Positions 42,061 to 55,257 of a stretch of 64,000 nucleotides of DNA are shown one piece after another. This stretch comes from Octopus sinensis (taxonomy: Eukaryota), in assembly GCF_006345805.1 (NCBI RefSeq), contig NC_043015.1, positions 8,990,001 to 9,054,000 on the forward strand, read 5' to 3'. The number at the start of each line of letters is the position of its first letter. Within the stretch, counting starts at the first letter, position 1. The notes beneath the pieces are model-generated. The model made no database searches. It had not been told where the DNA came from and saw nothing but the letters and a program-made list of their open reading frames with translations. A program made the translations under genes and the position numbers.

Positions 42061-43236
42061 AACTTGACGTCTTTTTGATCACCCTCTTCGAGGCTGAAAT
42101 CGCCCCTTCTGAATTTTGCAAACCATTTTCTGCAAGTTCTTCCATTCGTGCATTTTACCCCATAAACTAAGTCTATGTTTCGAGGCGATTCGGCTGCAGA
42201 GTTTCTTTTTCGTACTCCTAAAGCATTATGTGCCTCAAATGCTCTTTGGATACTTCCATGTTAGAAAATGTTTTAATCAAATATATTTTAATTCTATTAT
42301 TCTGTAAAATAATATTTAATTTGTTTAAATGTACACAAATGCATAAAAATAATTTTTAATTCAATTAGACATTCTAAAGAACTATTAAATTTCATTCAAT
42401 TTGTAAAAAATGTAAGATTATACAGAACTTATGGGATGGCCTGATATGTAGATGGTAGCAATACTCGGAACAGCTTAAGGGTTAAAGTCAGTTTCTGAGA
42501 AGAAAGTGAAAAGAGTTTGAATGAAATAAAATTACACACTGTCCTCAAAATAAATGATCACATTAATGATGCAATCACCTGAACAGAAGAGAACTTCGAA
42601 CCAGCGCCTAGGAATAAATCCGACATATCCTCCAATAAATTATTTATTTAATCGCGAGGTCTCACAAAAATACCACGATGTTACTCTGACAAGCTCTCGT
42701 ATAACTTGCAATGATTCTACACATGAATGAAATAGCAACACTAAAAACAATAAGTTAAGTGAATTTAAACTATCCGAAAGCTTGTCGAAACAATACAAAA
42801 ACAAAATATAAAAAATCAGGTCCAATCTGACCGGCACTCTCAATTTCCTTTGAACATATGTTCAAATAGTTGATGTGAATTCAGCTAAAGAGCAATTTTT
42901 TATACTGTTTGCAACACAGTTACTTTCTGCCCAAGCTGCCTGCCAGGTTATTATTGGTCCTTCCCGCATTTGATATTTTGACAAACAAGACGGTTTCACG
43001 TATCTTGATCTGTCTAGCACAACTCCATATGTCGGCAATAATTATTCATTGGAAGAACAAATATAGAATTGTTTCATTGTTCTTCATGCCTATTTGATGC
43101 TACATCAGAATCCTGTAGATGTTATATTTGATAGTGTCTTCGTACATCCTTCATATTTGACTGCTAGGTGCCACACTGCTGACGTTCGTGTCACTAAATC
43201 CCATATACTGCGTTAATATTATAGATGGGTCATGAT

Positions 43237-43307
43237 ATTATATTATATCATATTATATTATATCATATTATATTATATCATATTATATTATATTATATTA
43301 TATTATA
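43237..43307. repeat. (ATATT/ATCAT)n pentanucleotide repeat
   Basis: Direct inspection. Confidence 0.85.
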
Positions 43308-44007
43308 GATGGAATATGCAAAAAAATCTATCAGTAGATTTGTGTTTCACCGTGTTGCAAATTTCTTCCCTCCCCTATATTTTATGAAATATACAAAAGG
43401 TTACATTTCAGTACGCCCACTGAATTTCACCTGTTATAAAGTATACACAGTTTCATAGTATATATTCTAAAATATATCATAAAGCGTCGCAAGTGTAAGG
43501 TGTGCAGCTACATATCAAATTTAATTCAGAGAGGAAATGAAAGACCTTTCATTTGGAAATATCCGCATATTTCACTAGTAAATATATGAAATTACTGTAT
43601 GTCTATGTTCCTTTTTCTTTTGTTTTGATGAAATCATTTAAGTTTATGACATCTTATGAAAGACATTTGAATTTCTACGTTTATGGCTTTTCTTTTCCTA
43701 AAAAGATAAACAACCTTTCTTTAGATTTTTTATTTAGAACGTTATCTAAGTGTTTACACCTACGTGAAGTTTCATGTGTAGGCGTTCTCAATTTCGCACT
43801 ATACTTGTGCGTTGACAAAGGATATATACACACACATATATATATATATATTATATATATATATATGAAGGATCTTAAGCATATGTATATATATATATGT
43901 GTGTGTGTGTATGTGTGTGTGTGAGTTTGTGTGTGTATGTATATATATATATACATATATATGTGTGTATATATATATATATGTATATATACATATATAT
44001 ATGTGTG

Positions 44008-44038
<31 letters not shown>

Positions 44039-44046
44039 GTATATAA

Positions 44047-44125
<79 letters not shown>

Positions 44126-45539
44126 TTATTCGTATAGTAAACTAGAAATTCCTCATTTTCTAGACATTATAGGGGAAAATTTAGAACGCGGTTTCAGTAG
44201 TTTCCATACATATTAAAACCTATTTTATGGATTATAATAAAAATTATATGAGAAATTGTGTTTTTCTTCAAACGCTTTTCCGGCTTCTCATGCGTCCCAT
44301 CTTAAACGAGGAGATTTCGATATATTTTGTCAGACCTTTTCTATTTCATATTCAGAAATTATGTGTATATCATTTGCTACACACAAGAGTAACTCTCCCA
44401 AAATACGTTAATAATTCATAACCTCCTGATGAACTTATCCTACTGATATGTAACAGGAACACTAACTTTATAGATTATACACGACTTGTACAGGCTGTAG
44501 ATAATGCAGCAGTGCTACTAAATAACCTCTGCAAAGAAAACGTATATAATTAGCCGTCTCTTGAACAGCTTTGGAAATACTTTTTTATTATAGATAATAT
44601 TTCAGTACTTGAAATTCCATTTACTAGTTCAGCATTGACAGAGATATATTTTTTTTCGTGTTGCTTGTATTGTTCTAGAAAAGTCTCTAACAGATAGCCT
44701 CTTCCTACAAAGATTTTAAAGTTTTTATTATGTCTTACGTTGTTTAAAGTGTTTGTATTTCTTATCATTTTTCTTTCAATTCTAAGTAAGGATTATAGCT
44801 TTCAGTGCGTACACCAGTCATCATAAGCATGCTGAAGCTGCTTCGACTATCAGTTTCTTGCAGCAATAATTACACAGTTTCGGAGAATAGATATTATTTA
44901 CGCATATATGTATTTGTTTCTTCACAGTGAAGAACAAAGGAAAACACTTATAGGACATCGCTGAAGCATGGAAAAAATCGTACATTTGAAAAGCGAATAA
45001 AGATAAGCAAACCGTAAATGAATATTTAAATGAATAGCTGACGAAATTGACATCAAAATATGCAGTTGAATAACTGCAAACGAAATTCGTGATCTTTTAA
45101 TGTGTGTTCAAGTATTTCTTGGATGAAAATACGTTTTATGGCCTCGTATTTCAATTTCTCCGTGGAAAAGTAACAATAGAAAATATTAAAGAAATATTAA
45201 TGATAACAATTTTAAATAATCATTCGTTCACCAATATATGTGTATGTGTATGTGTGTGTATGTGCGTGTGTGAATGTGTGACAGAGAGAATGTGTGTGCG
45301 TGTATATGCATACACACACACCCACACACGCATATATATACCAGTTGAATAAAGCTAAAAAATGTGCTGGTTTTCACGATTTTTGTTATGGTATTTTAGT
45401 ACTAAAAATATTTTGTAGCGTTCTTAAAGTTCAATTAGCACTTTCATAAGTTTGTAGAAATCATCAGATTTCAAAATCTGACAGTTAAGTTCTTGACAAG
45501 TGCAGTACCTCTTAGAATGCTACAACAAGCTGAATATTT

Positions 45540-46290
45540 GGAATAAGGTTTTGACCAATTCGCAAACTGTCTAGCCAGAAAAAATTCTGCTTCACTAGAT
45601 GATGCAAATAGCAGGAACGCACGACTTATAGATCTCAAAGTATTTTTGCTCAAGCAACGAACAGAAGAGATAACTTTTGAACAACTTACGGCAACACAAA
45701 AAGACAAATCCATCAAAGGAACACAATACCATTTCTAGTAAGACTCAGTCCGTATCACCGAAAAATTTTTAGCATCATCAAAACAAAATATTAAAAACAC
45801 AAAAACTGATCAAACACTTATCTTAAACAAAAGACAACCACATAATCTAAAGAAACTATCAACAAAGGCAAATTTCAATATAAACAAAGAGGATAAAACA
45901 TTCACAGTCTCCAAATGCATTTATAACAGATGTGGAACGTGTCAATTCATGCATACTGGTAAATACATTAGAACAAAACGATGAACAGATTTTCGCAAAT
46001 GCAGATGTGAACTGCAAAATTAGAAATTTGATCTACTGCATTAAGTGTTCGAATAGCAAGGAAATATGTAGAGGTGAGACAGGGAGTGCATTATCTGAAC
46101 GCTCACGAGTGCACAAACAGCAAATCCGGAGCATCAATGTTCGCCAAATTCCATTCAGCGAATAAATAGAAACATGTGGTCAGAAAAGTGTTCTAATGTT
46201 TCCTTTCCACATACTAAATATCACAAGTAAGGCTGGAAGAAAGATAAAAGAAAATGTTTTTTTTTTATTTTATTTGTCAGACCTTTTCTG
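45540..46290 (+). mobile_element. 5'-truncated Penelope-like element (RT thumb, Cys linker, GIY-YIG)
   Basis: RNARLIDLKVFLLKQ, KCIYNRCGTCQF (Cx4Cx2C), NCKIRNLIYCIKC..ICRGETG..L.ER.RVHKQQI. Confidence 0.85.
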
Positions 46291-46777
46291 AACGGAAATA
46301 ACAACAATAAAATAACAACCAGTTAATGATGTGGAATAATGTATATCTTTAACATATGAATATAAACAGATTACAGAAGACTACCACCAACTGAAATATA
46401 TACGACCGAAAGCAACGACATTTGTTCGGTCATTACACCCTTAAATATAAACCGCAAATTAATTGGTTAAAATAAAAGGGTAGATCTATGCCAGTACAAT
46501 CGGTACGCTGCATGCCGATTGGTCAAAACGGGATTCCAAAATTTCAGCTTGTTGGAGCGTTCTAAGACGTACTAAACTTGTCAAGCACTCAACAGTCAGT
46601 GAAATAATATATTACTACGAACTTATAAAAGCGCTAATTGAACTTTATGAACATTATAAAATATTCTTTTGGTATAAAATTATTTTGAAAAAGATAATGT
46701 GAAAGTCAGTCTATACTAAAAGTGTATTCAACTGATATGGTATTCAATACACATTCACAAAATTCGAAAAAAAACTG

Positions 46778-46811
<34 letters not shown>

Positions 46812-46867
46812 ATAGTGGTTTTATCTCTAATTTAATATAATATATATATATTATATATATATATATT

Positions 46868-46904
<37 letters not shown>

Positions 46905-47792
46905 GCATCTATCTACTTATCTGTATGTGTATGCGTGGGGGTATTTCTATGTGTGTGTTTATGCAGCTAACTGTTATATAATACTTGAAATCAAACATAG
47001 GTACCAACTTTTAAATTTGCCCGAGGTATATCTATGTGCCATCAACGCACTAACGACGGGTACATTGAGTTTATATATTATTTCAAAGAAAGACAGAGAG
47101 ATGATTTTTGTGTAAGCCAAAATCTTTCAGTAATGGGTAGTATAAACATACTGTTACACTCCAAGCTAGTATTTGAAGTAATTTTTAACATTTACTTAAA
47201 TTCCTAGTCGACTCAATCACATCCTATGTCAATATTATTTTATGAATTGTTATCTAACTACACAGCAGATCTACTGACCGCAGATCTTGTGGATCTTGTG
47301 GATCTTGTTTTCCTGCTCTACATAGTATCCCTTTCGCGTTTTTTGTAATTCATAACAAACTGTGTTTCTTGTGGTTTCTGCTCATTCGCTGAGGGATTTG
47401 ATTGCAGGCAATTAGCTCTTTAACTCAAGTTTTTCAGTTCACCAATCCTCAATTTGGGGACAGATACACAGATGCTCTTATAATGAACACATTATTAAAC
47501 AGGTTTGCAACAAATATCATCTGTGTATCTAAATTATGTAGCCATTTCCAAGACCTAGGAATAACAGCAAAGTATCACTGCAATTAGCAGCAGTGGAAAG
47601 AATAGTTATATCACACTGAGTCGGTGTATTTAGTTGAACACCGACTAGAAAACCCATGAGGAAATCAAAGATGCAAACGAATTTAGACAATGTAGTTTAG
47701 ATTAGTTCTCACAGCAACACATATATACACATATATAATTACTGAAATTTGCTCACGCAAGCACACAGCTACAGACACATACACACACATGC

Positions 47793-47859
<67 letters not shown>

Positions 47860-47867
47860 ATATAAAT

Positions 47868-48515
47868 ATCCATTGGCTGTTTCACAGGAAATGTATTCCA
47901 AATGTAAAAGTAAAATGTTTCAGAACTGATTTATTTAATCAAATTTTGATCCATGTTCATTTATGACGTTTACCCAACGTTTCTCTATGTAATATATTCC
48001 ATCTTTAAAAAAGATTAATCTTTTGATGTGATAAACTATCCGAATGCGTCAAGTACCACTTCACTGTTTAGTAATGTTTTATTGTTTATGAAAAGTTCAA
48101 AATGCTTAAATAAGTGATGTTCAGTTGGAGAAATATCCGGGCAGTATGGAGGATGTTGCAAAATTCATAATTCAGGTTTTGCAACATTTTGAACCGGAGC
48201 TTGAGAAGTGTGAGGACATGCATTGTCGTGGAGGAAAATTGAGCCATCTCTATTCACTAGTCTAGGCTGTTTTCTTTTCAGTTTCTCACGCATGCATTCA
48301 ATTTCCTTGCAATACGATGTTGCTGTTACCGTTTGTCCTTGTGGCGAAAATGAATAACAAATACCTTCGCATACCGCCACACAGTGACCACTAACTTTGT
48401 AAAGTGCAATGGTGGGTTTATGTAGTGTTTAGGTGACTCTCCTGCTCCAATCACTGTCCCGTACTCCTGTTTTTGTCAAAGAGTAACCATTTCTCATCAC
48501 ACCTTTATACTTCTC
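47868..48515 (-). pseudogene. mariner transposase catalytic-domain remnant
   Basis: Minus strand: CDEKWLLFD, ESPKHY..PPLH.TKLVVTVW, FLHDNACPH, GYFSN/SPTEHHLFKH region, KRWVNVIN. Confidence 0.85.
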
Positions 48516-49798
48516 TTCAACTAATATTTGCAAGCATTATTGACCCAGGCCATCCGCTGACTACCAGTGATAGTGAACATCAGAAGCATACCAAGCAACT
48601 AGATTCACTACACCTCGTGGATATACTGAATATAGTTTGCGAGATGAATTCAAGATATTATATTATATTAATTTTATTTTGTACCGTATTGTTCTTACGA
48701 CTTCCTTGCAACAAGGAAATAAATCAAATTAAATCAAAACGGTAAAGCTTTAACAAACAAACACTCTATAACAAAATTCCCTTCAGCATGTCATAAACAA
48801 AGAGAAAGCTTCTTCAAGTAAAACGCAGTTGTATGTTATTTAAATTCTATGTGGGAAGTGTAACAAAATATATAGGCGGGCCTAAACTCGAATTCTGTTA
48901 TATCTTTAAAAATCATTTTGATAGGAATAAAGAAAGTTTTCAGCACAATTGATCGTGTGTAAAGGGATCCAAAATACGAGAGAGCTGGTGCATGCATTGG
49001 ACCTTATATATCCGAAGGGATGAATACATAGCTATCAGAACTGTAACTAATTAGAATGTTTCTGGGGCTGGATGAATGTCATTTCTCTCGATGAAAAACT
49101 GGATCATAAATACCATCCGTGCTGGTATTATTCAATAAGTATCTGTGCAGACACAACTTAGTACATGTAGGTGAAGAGAAAGTTGTTTATGTCTCTCAAA
49201 ACTAGTAATATAGATTGTGACTTAAATGATGCTTCTAACATAAAATATAATACAAATAAATCATATATGTATATTAGAGATTTGAGTCAATCTTAAATAA
49301 TTATTAATTTAAAGTCGTACTCCAAATTGCACACTTTTACAAATATAACATTAACGTGTATGTTTCCTTTGACACGATCGTTTTTCTGTCATAAAAATAA
49401 ATTTTGGTAAAACTTGTAAACAATCGAATTGGAATGTCTTCATCCTTATAGTATAAAACTGAAAAAAATTATGTAGATAAAATTTCAGGAATAAAATAGA
49501 ATATTATACAACTATTTTGATGCTGTGAAATAAGGAATATATTATAAAAACTAATTCAAATACTCGTGATGCGATCATAAAACATCAACATTAAATTCTG
49601 GTCAATGAAGGATTATATACAGTAGTGCATCTCCTACGCATACTATCAGCAGACTTTCATAAATATATTATCCGCTCTTTGAAATAATGTAGTTATTCTA
49701 TGAATACTGAGTACACGATATTACACTAGGCATTGTTTTCTTTTCCATTATACATCTTTGAATTTCAGTTCTGAGGGATATTTATCAAATATTACACA

Positions 49799-49841
<43 letters not shown>

Positions 49842-49843
49842 AT

Positions 49844-49910
<67 letters not shown>

Positions 49911-50801
49911 AATATATATATATATATATATAATTTGTTCGAGAAGTTTAGTGATTTTTAAGAGGATATAAGTTTCACATCAGAATACACATAGTTTTCC
50001 GATGTACACTTTAATACCAGCATTAGCATTTTACAATTATTAAATGGTGAACGATCATATCCACACATTATGTCAAACCGAATCTGTTTAACATTGTTTT
50101 CACGTCTGAAAGACATTATAATCTCTTAATTCTTTTGTTTATAGAAAAAATATCGACCAAAAAACGCTGATCGTAAATAGGCTGTCTAAAAAAGAAGCCA
50201 CGTACAAGATAATAATGTATATCTTGAGGAAGATGGGAACGGAGTTGTTATTACGGCTCTCGAAGATGATGATCAAGTCAATGGGTATTATTATGATGAT
50301 AACGATGATAATAATAATGATGATGAAGATAATGCTGATAATAATGATGATGATGGTGACTTGGAGAATCATGTGAGACAGTGGGTTGATGAGGTTCAAT
50401 ACTTTGGGCTTGAGGATAATAACGGTTATTTTGACAATAGAGATAGAATAATTGATATAATTGTTGATGATAAATGTAGTACTAATAATACCAATAATAA
50501 TAATGCGAAGAACAGGAATAGCAATAATGATAATAACAATATTCATAATGTGCAATTAATTATCATGATTCAGAAAAGTGTTAATAACAGAATTATAAAA
50601 TCAATAATAGATTACTAAATGTATAAACAAATCAAAATGAAAATAACATCTCCCCCTCTCCCCCCTTCTCTCTCTCTCTCTTTATCTATCTATCTTATCT
50701 GTCTGATTGATTGTCTGTCTCCCTGTCTGTCTTACTATATGTCTGTCTATATCTGTATACAACTAATTTGCATAAGTATATGTATATATATATATATATA
50801 T

Positions 50802-50832
<31 letters not shown>

Positions 50833-50916
50833 ATATATATATATTATATATATATACGTGTGTGTATACTTACATACATACATACGTAAATACATATATA
50901 AATATATCTATATCTA

Positions 50917-50951
<35 letters not shown>

Positions 50952-51059
50952 AATATAAGGATAACATTTTATTAAAATAATTTGAGTGGCCAGCATATAA
51001 AGAATAGCTTTTAAGAGGGAATTTTAAATACAATTATAAATAAGGGCAAACAGAAAAAA

Positions 51060-52040
51060 ATCTTGGCTAATTTGCTGATGCCATTGAACATAACACCATC
51101 AAAATATTTTCAGATGGCCCTAAGCTTCAGAAAGTCATTAAAGGAGTATATGATCGAACTATGATTGAATCGGACCAATGCGCAGTTACCCAGTTGGCAA
51201 AAGAAAAAAAAAAATCAATATGCAGTCGAACGAAGAAAAATATGATACCATCCGTTTTGGAAAAGGGGGCTCACTCAAACAACCATCTACATTAACGTCT
51301 GAAGACCTACTTAAACCGCCGGATAATATCGGAGCCTTAGGTGTAACTGTCAACAGCAGCCTTGTGTGGAGTGCACACAGCAACAAAAAAATTGATGTTG
51401 CCCGCAAAATTTGCTCATGGATCCTAAGAACTTTTCAATCCCAGGATCATGAAACCATCATCATTCTTTTGTCCACATTCGCTAGGCCTCACCTCCAATA
51501 CTGCTGCCCATTTTTGCCCCACCCCCCGCATAATGAGAATCGAAGCGCCACAAAGATCAATCACTAAAAAAATACATGGCATGAATGAACTTGATTATTG
51601 GTCTAGATTTAAACAACTGAAAATATATTTTCTGCAATGTCGCTGTGAGCGCTACGTAATTTGCACTATGTGGAAAATATTCCACCAATATTATCCAAAT
51701 TAAATCAGTATTGTGTTAACAATTCGATATTATGTTTGCAATGCGTTCTCTACAAAGTTCGGGTTAACATCACATAAGATCATTGTGACACACTTTCTTC
51801 ACTGCGAACGGTCTTGCTTTTGCAATGTTATCCTGAAAGAAATTAAAGTAGAAAAATACCCCAAAAACTTTTAAACAGTACGAGGACAAATTCCTCCAGA
51901 TAAACCACCTACACCTTGATACGACTCAACCTACCCCAATCCTCTGCTTCACTGGCCCATAATGTCCCAAAATTATTAACTAAAATACGTTTCTAGGTGG
52001 TGCTATTGAGCTAGTAATGGCTTGCGCCGATAATGGCTGA
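51060..52040 (+). mobile_element. CR1/L2-group LINE, RT C-terminal half and 3' UTR
   Basis: FSDGPKLQKVI (cf. FADDSKL), ALGVTVNSSLVWSAH..KKIDVARKICSWILRTF, FARPHLQYCCP, IEAPQRSITKKI.GM.ELDYW. Confidence 0.85.
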
Positions 52041-52082
52041 AACCAATCTAAGTTACGTATATGTGTATATGTACATATATAT

Positions 52083-52160
<78 letters not shown>

Positions 52161-52787
52161 ATGTATATATATATATTTATATATACACGTATGGACGCAT
52201 CATATATACATATATATATATATATATAGTGAGAGAGAGACCGTGAGAAAGGGGGAGAGAGGAAAGATAGAAAAGAGATAAAAGAGAGAGAAAAGCCTTA
52301 TGATAATTTTAATCTAATGCCTCTCCTACAGCTGAGGGGGCTATGAGGATAATGGTAAGGATAATAACGACGATTGTACCTACAATGATTTAATAAATTA
52401 TTACTATTTTGGTGGTGATGCTGATATTTATGTTTTCTTTATAAATAGTCATAAGACTCGAGCTGGCAGAAACGATAGCACACCGGGGAAAAAGCTTAAT
52501 TTATTATATATTTCATTTATTCGGTCATTAGAGAGCAGACATGCTAAAGTAAGGAATTGAAGAATTTCATTCCAATGCAACGATCCCAGTGCAGTTTTTA
52601 AAGTATGTGACGTATATTACAGAGCTGTTTGACGAAATGCTAAGTTACGAGGACAACACACACTAGCACCGGTTGTCAAGCGGTGATAAATGACAATCAG
52701 AGAAACACACACACACACGTGCACACGTACACACACACACATACTCACACATAAATACATACATACATACATACATATATATACAAA

Positions 52788-52996
52788 TGTGACCGCGTGT
52801 GTACCGTTGCCGATTTATTTCCTCTGCCTGCCCTTCTCTGGATCTTTCCTTCTCCTATGTTTCCGACAAAGAGCTGCTCCGCTCGAAACGTTAAACCCTC
52901 CTTCTTTCCTTCTTTCCTGAGCGTCCAATAATACTATATTTTTTCCACGTCCTCGCGTTGTTGTGTGTTTTTGTGCTTTCATGTTTGGATTAGCTA
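52788..52996 (+). mobile_element. ~205-bp non-autonomous repeat, copy 1 (pLTR/retrozyme-like)
   Basis: tgtgaccgcgtgtgta...catgtttggatta-(TA)n; homologous to 54138-54341. Confidence 0.8.
52859..52896 (+). ncRNA. Minimal type I hammerhead-like motif, non-canonical core
   Basis: GTTT-CCGACAA-A-GAGC-tgctcc-GCTC-GAAA-CGT-T-AAAC. Confidence 0.4.
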
Positions 52997-53589
52997 TATA
53001 TATATATGTAACAATTAAGGATAACTTCTTAATAAGGAAACTTAACAAGAAATTATCAGGTAGATAAATATATAGATTCTCTTTACCAAACCCACTCGGA
53101 GGCATTTGGACGGCCGAAAACTATAGAAAACACATGGTGAAAGGGCCACGAAAATGATCTGAATCCGCAACTATGATGCATGTAAGCTGGCTTACACGTC
53201 CACGCCAGCTTAGCAGCGCTCCGTGCGTCTTAGTCTCTGAGTTCAAATTCCTCCGAGGCCACTATCTTTTCCCTCCTTTCTGAGTTCGATATAACTGACC
53301 TACCTTAGAAAACAAAATTGCTGGCTACGTGCTAAAGTTTGAAATCAATATATTTTTGTGATGTAGAGGACAATCACTACGAATAAATGACTACATAGCA
53401 ATAATAGCAATAAGGCGTAAACTGTTGATATTTTACATAAATGAATTCGCAGCGGACTACTAACATGCGCTAGACTATTAAATGTAATCATAACATTCTA
53501 GCGCACATTATACATATTTTGTAATGGAATATCTAATTTCAAAAGTTGTTACCGAATAATCAATGATCCACAACACGTCGGATTGCATC

Positions 53590-53624
<35 letters not shown>

Positions 53625-54137
53625 ATATATTATATATATATATATATATGCAAAGCGGTCGGAATAAACAATAGGAAGCAAATGGGTTTTTGTCGCCTAG
53701 GAATATGAAAGAAAATATGCATATCGTCCCCTACCAAACGTAATGTTAGCTAAAACTACATACATTTAATTTGCTTCAAACCTCGACTGTAGCTAGAGCT
53801 TGGATAAAGCTGCATAGTTTACTAAACGGATGAATGAAGATGGTGCAAATGCAACTATATGATGTCTATGAATAAGGTAATATACGCCGGACACATTTAA
53901 TTGAATATACTGTAAGTATATGCGGTTGTATTAGTTCCGTTTTCATTGTAAATGTCTTAAAATACACAAACACAATCAGAGTAAACTATATATAATCCAG
54001 TCAAACGAAACTAGGATTTACGCATCAGAGGATATGCATTGGGATTGCTTACCACAAAGCATCCTAGGTGTTCCTCAATAATCGATGTGTCAGAACAATA
54101 CCAGTCTTGATATACTATCGATTCGAAATATTGAAGT

Positions 54138-54341
54138 TGTGACCGCGTGTGTATCGTTGACGATTTTTTCTCAGTCTTCCCTTCCTTGGACATTTCCTTT
54201 TTCTATGTTTCGGACGAAGAGCTCCGCTCGAAACGTTATGTCCTCATTCTTTCTATCCTTTCCTTAGCGTCCAATCACACTATATTTGTTCAACGTCCTC
54301 ACGTTGTTGTGTTTTCTCTTTGTTCATGTTTGGATTAACTA
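54138..54341 (+). mobile_element. ~205-bp non-autonomous repeat, copy 2
   Basis: Homologous to 52788-52996, ends in a (TA)n tract. Confidence 0.8.
54207..54240 (+). ncRNA. Minimal hammerhead-like motif, copy 2
   Basis: GTTT-CGGACGA-A-GAGC-tcc-GCTC-GAAA-CGT-T-atg; stem I 3' arm degraded. Confidence 0.35.
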
Positions 54342-54378
<37 letters not shown>

Positions 54379-54537
54379 TATGTGAAATAGAAAGATGAAT
54401 ATCTTGTGTAGTAGATTAATCAAAAGTTTAACCGATACCTTAGTAGCAAAAATCACAGCAGTGAACAGCACGGTTGGAGGTACACCTCTGGCGTTGCAAC
54501 CGTACGTTGGTGCGGATAATTGAAATTAAAACATTAT

Positions 54538-54639
54538 TGGTGAATTGAAGAAATGGAGCTGAACGCAGATTGAACAGAAATCGTTTTATAAAACGATTTC
54601 TGTTCAATCTGCGTTCAGCTCCATTTCTTCAATTCACCA
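54538..54639. repeat. Perfect 102-bp palindrome, no spacer
   Basis: tggtgaattgaagaaatggagctgaacgcagattgaacagaaatcgtttta|taaaacgatttctgttcaatctgcgttcagctccatttcttcaattcacca; centre between 54588 and 54589. Confidence 0.95.
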
Positions 54640-54649
54640 CTTATATATA

Positions 54650-54689
<40 letters not shown>

Positions 54690-54964
54690 AATATATATAT
54701 ATGATATTATATATAATATATTATATTAAATTAGAGATAAAACCACTATTAAGCAAATCAAACAATGAAAAACATAAGCCAATACATAAAATTAATTTAA
54801 TTTATATTATTTAAAATACATATCAAAAGTATTAAAAGTTTAATAAAAAATAAAGAGTAAAACACTACGATCGTTTCATGGCTGTAGTACATTCGAATAA
54901 CAATTATTTAAATTCAATTAATAATTCGAGTTATGGTTACAGTCAACTCAGGTTAATTGAATTT

Positions 54965-54998
<34 letters not shown>

Positions 54999-55030
54999 TT
55001 ATAGATATATATATATATATATATATATAT

Positions 55031-55114
55031 TCATACGATATAGTGTATTTATACACATAAGGAATTCCCTACAAGTGGATCCTGATGTGTATAAATATAC
55101 ACTATATCGTATGA
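55031..55114. repeat. 28/30-bp inverted repeat with 26-nt spacer
   Basis: tcatacgatatagtgtatttatacacat versus atgtgtataaatatacactatatcgtatga (one 2-nt indel). Confidence 0.85.
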
Positions 55115-55224
55115 CTAATAAATAGTCTTCTTGACTAATTTGTCTTGCACGTTAGACCACTGGAAATGTACATTTTGATTGAATGTTTTAATTTTAATTA
55201 AATTCCATTTCCCTTTGATATGAT

Positions 55225-55257
<33 letters not shown>

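Larger units (their letters stand above)
52640..53206 (-). mobile_element. Degenerate SINE interrupted in its internal microsatellite by the 52788-52996 repeat
   Basis: ccggttgtcaagcggtg (3' part) and taccaaacccactc...ggccgaaaactatag...gaatccgcaactatg (head part) match the reverse complement of the 62697-62965 family. Confidence 0.6.

Noticed and set aside
44426-44462. CTGATGA about 1 kb upstream of the first PLE fragment
   Set aside because: No convincing stem II, and GAAC instead of GAAA
47283-47308. gatcttgtg repeated three times
   Set aside because: Simple short tandem slippage, not a CRISPR or other array; no CRISPR-like repeat-spacer structure anywhere in the window
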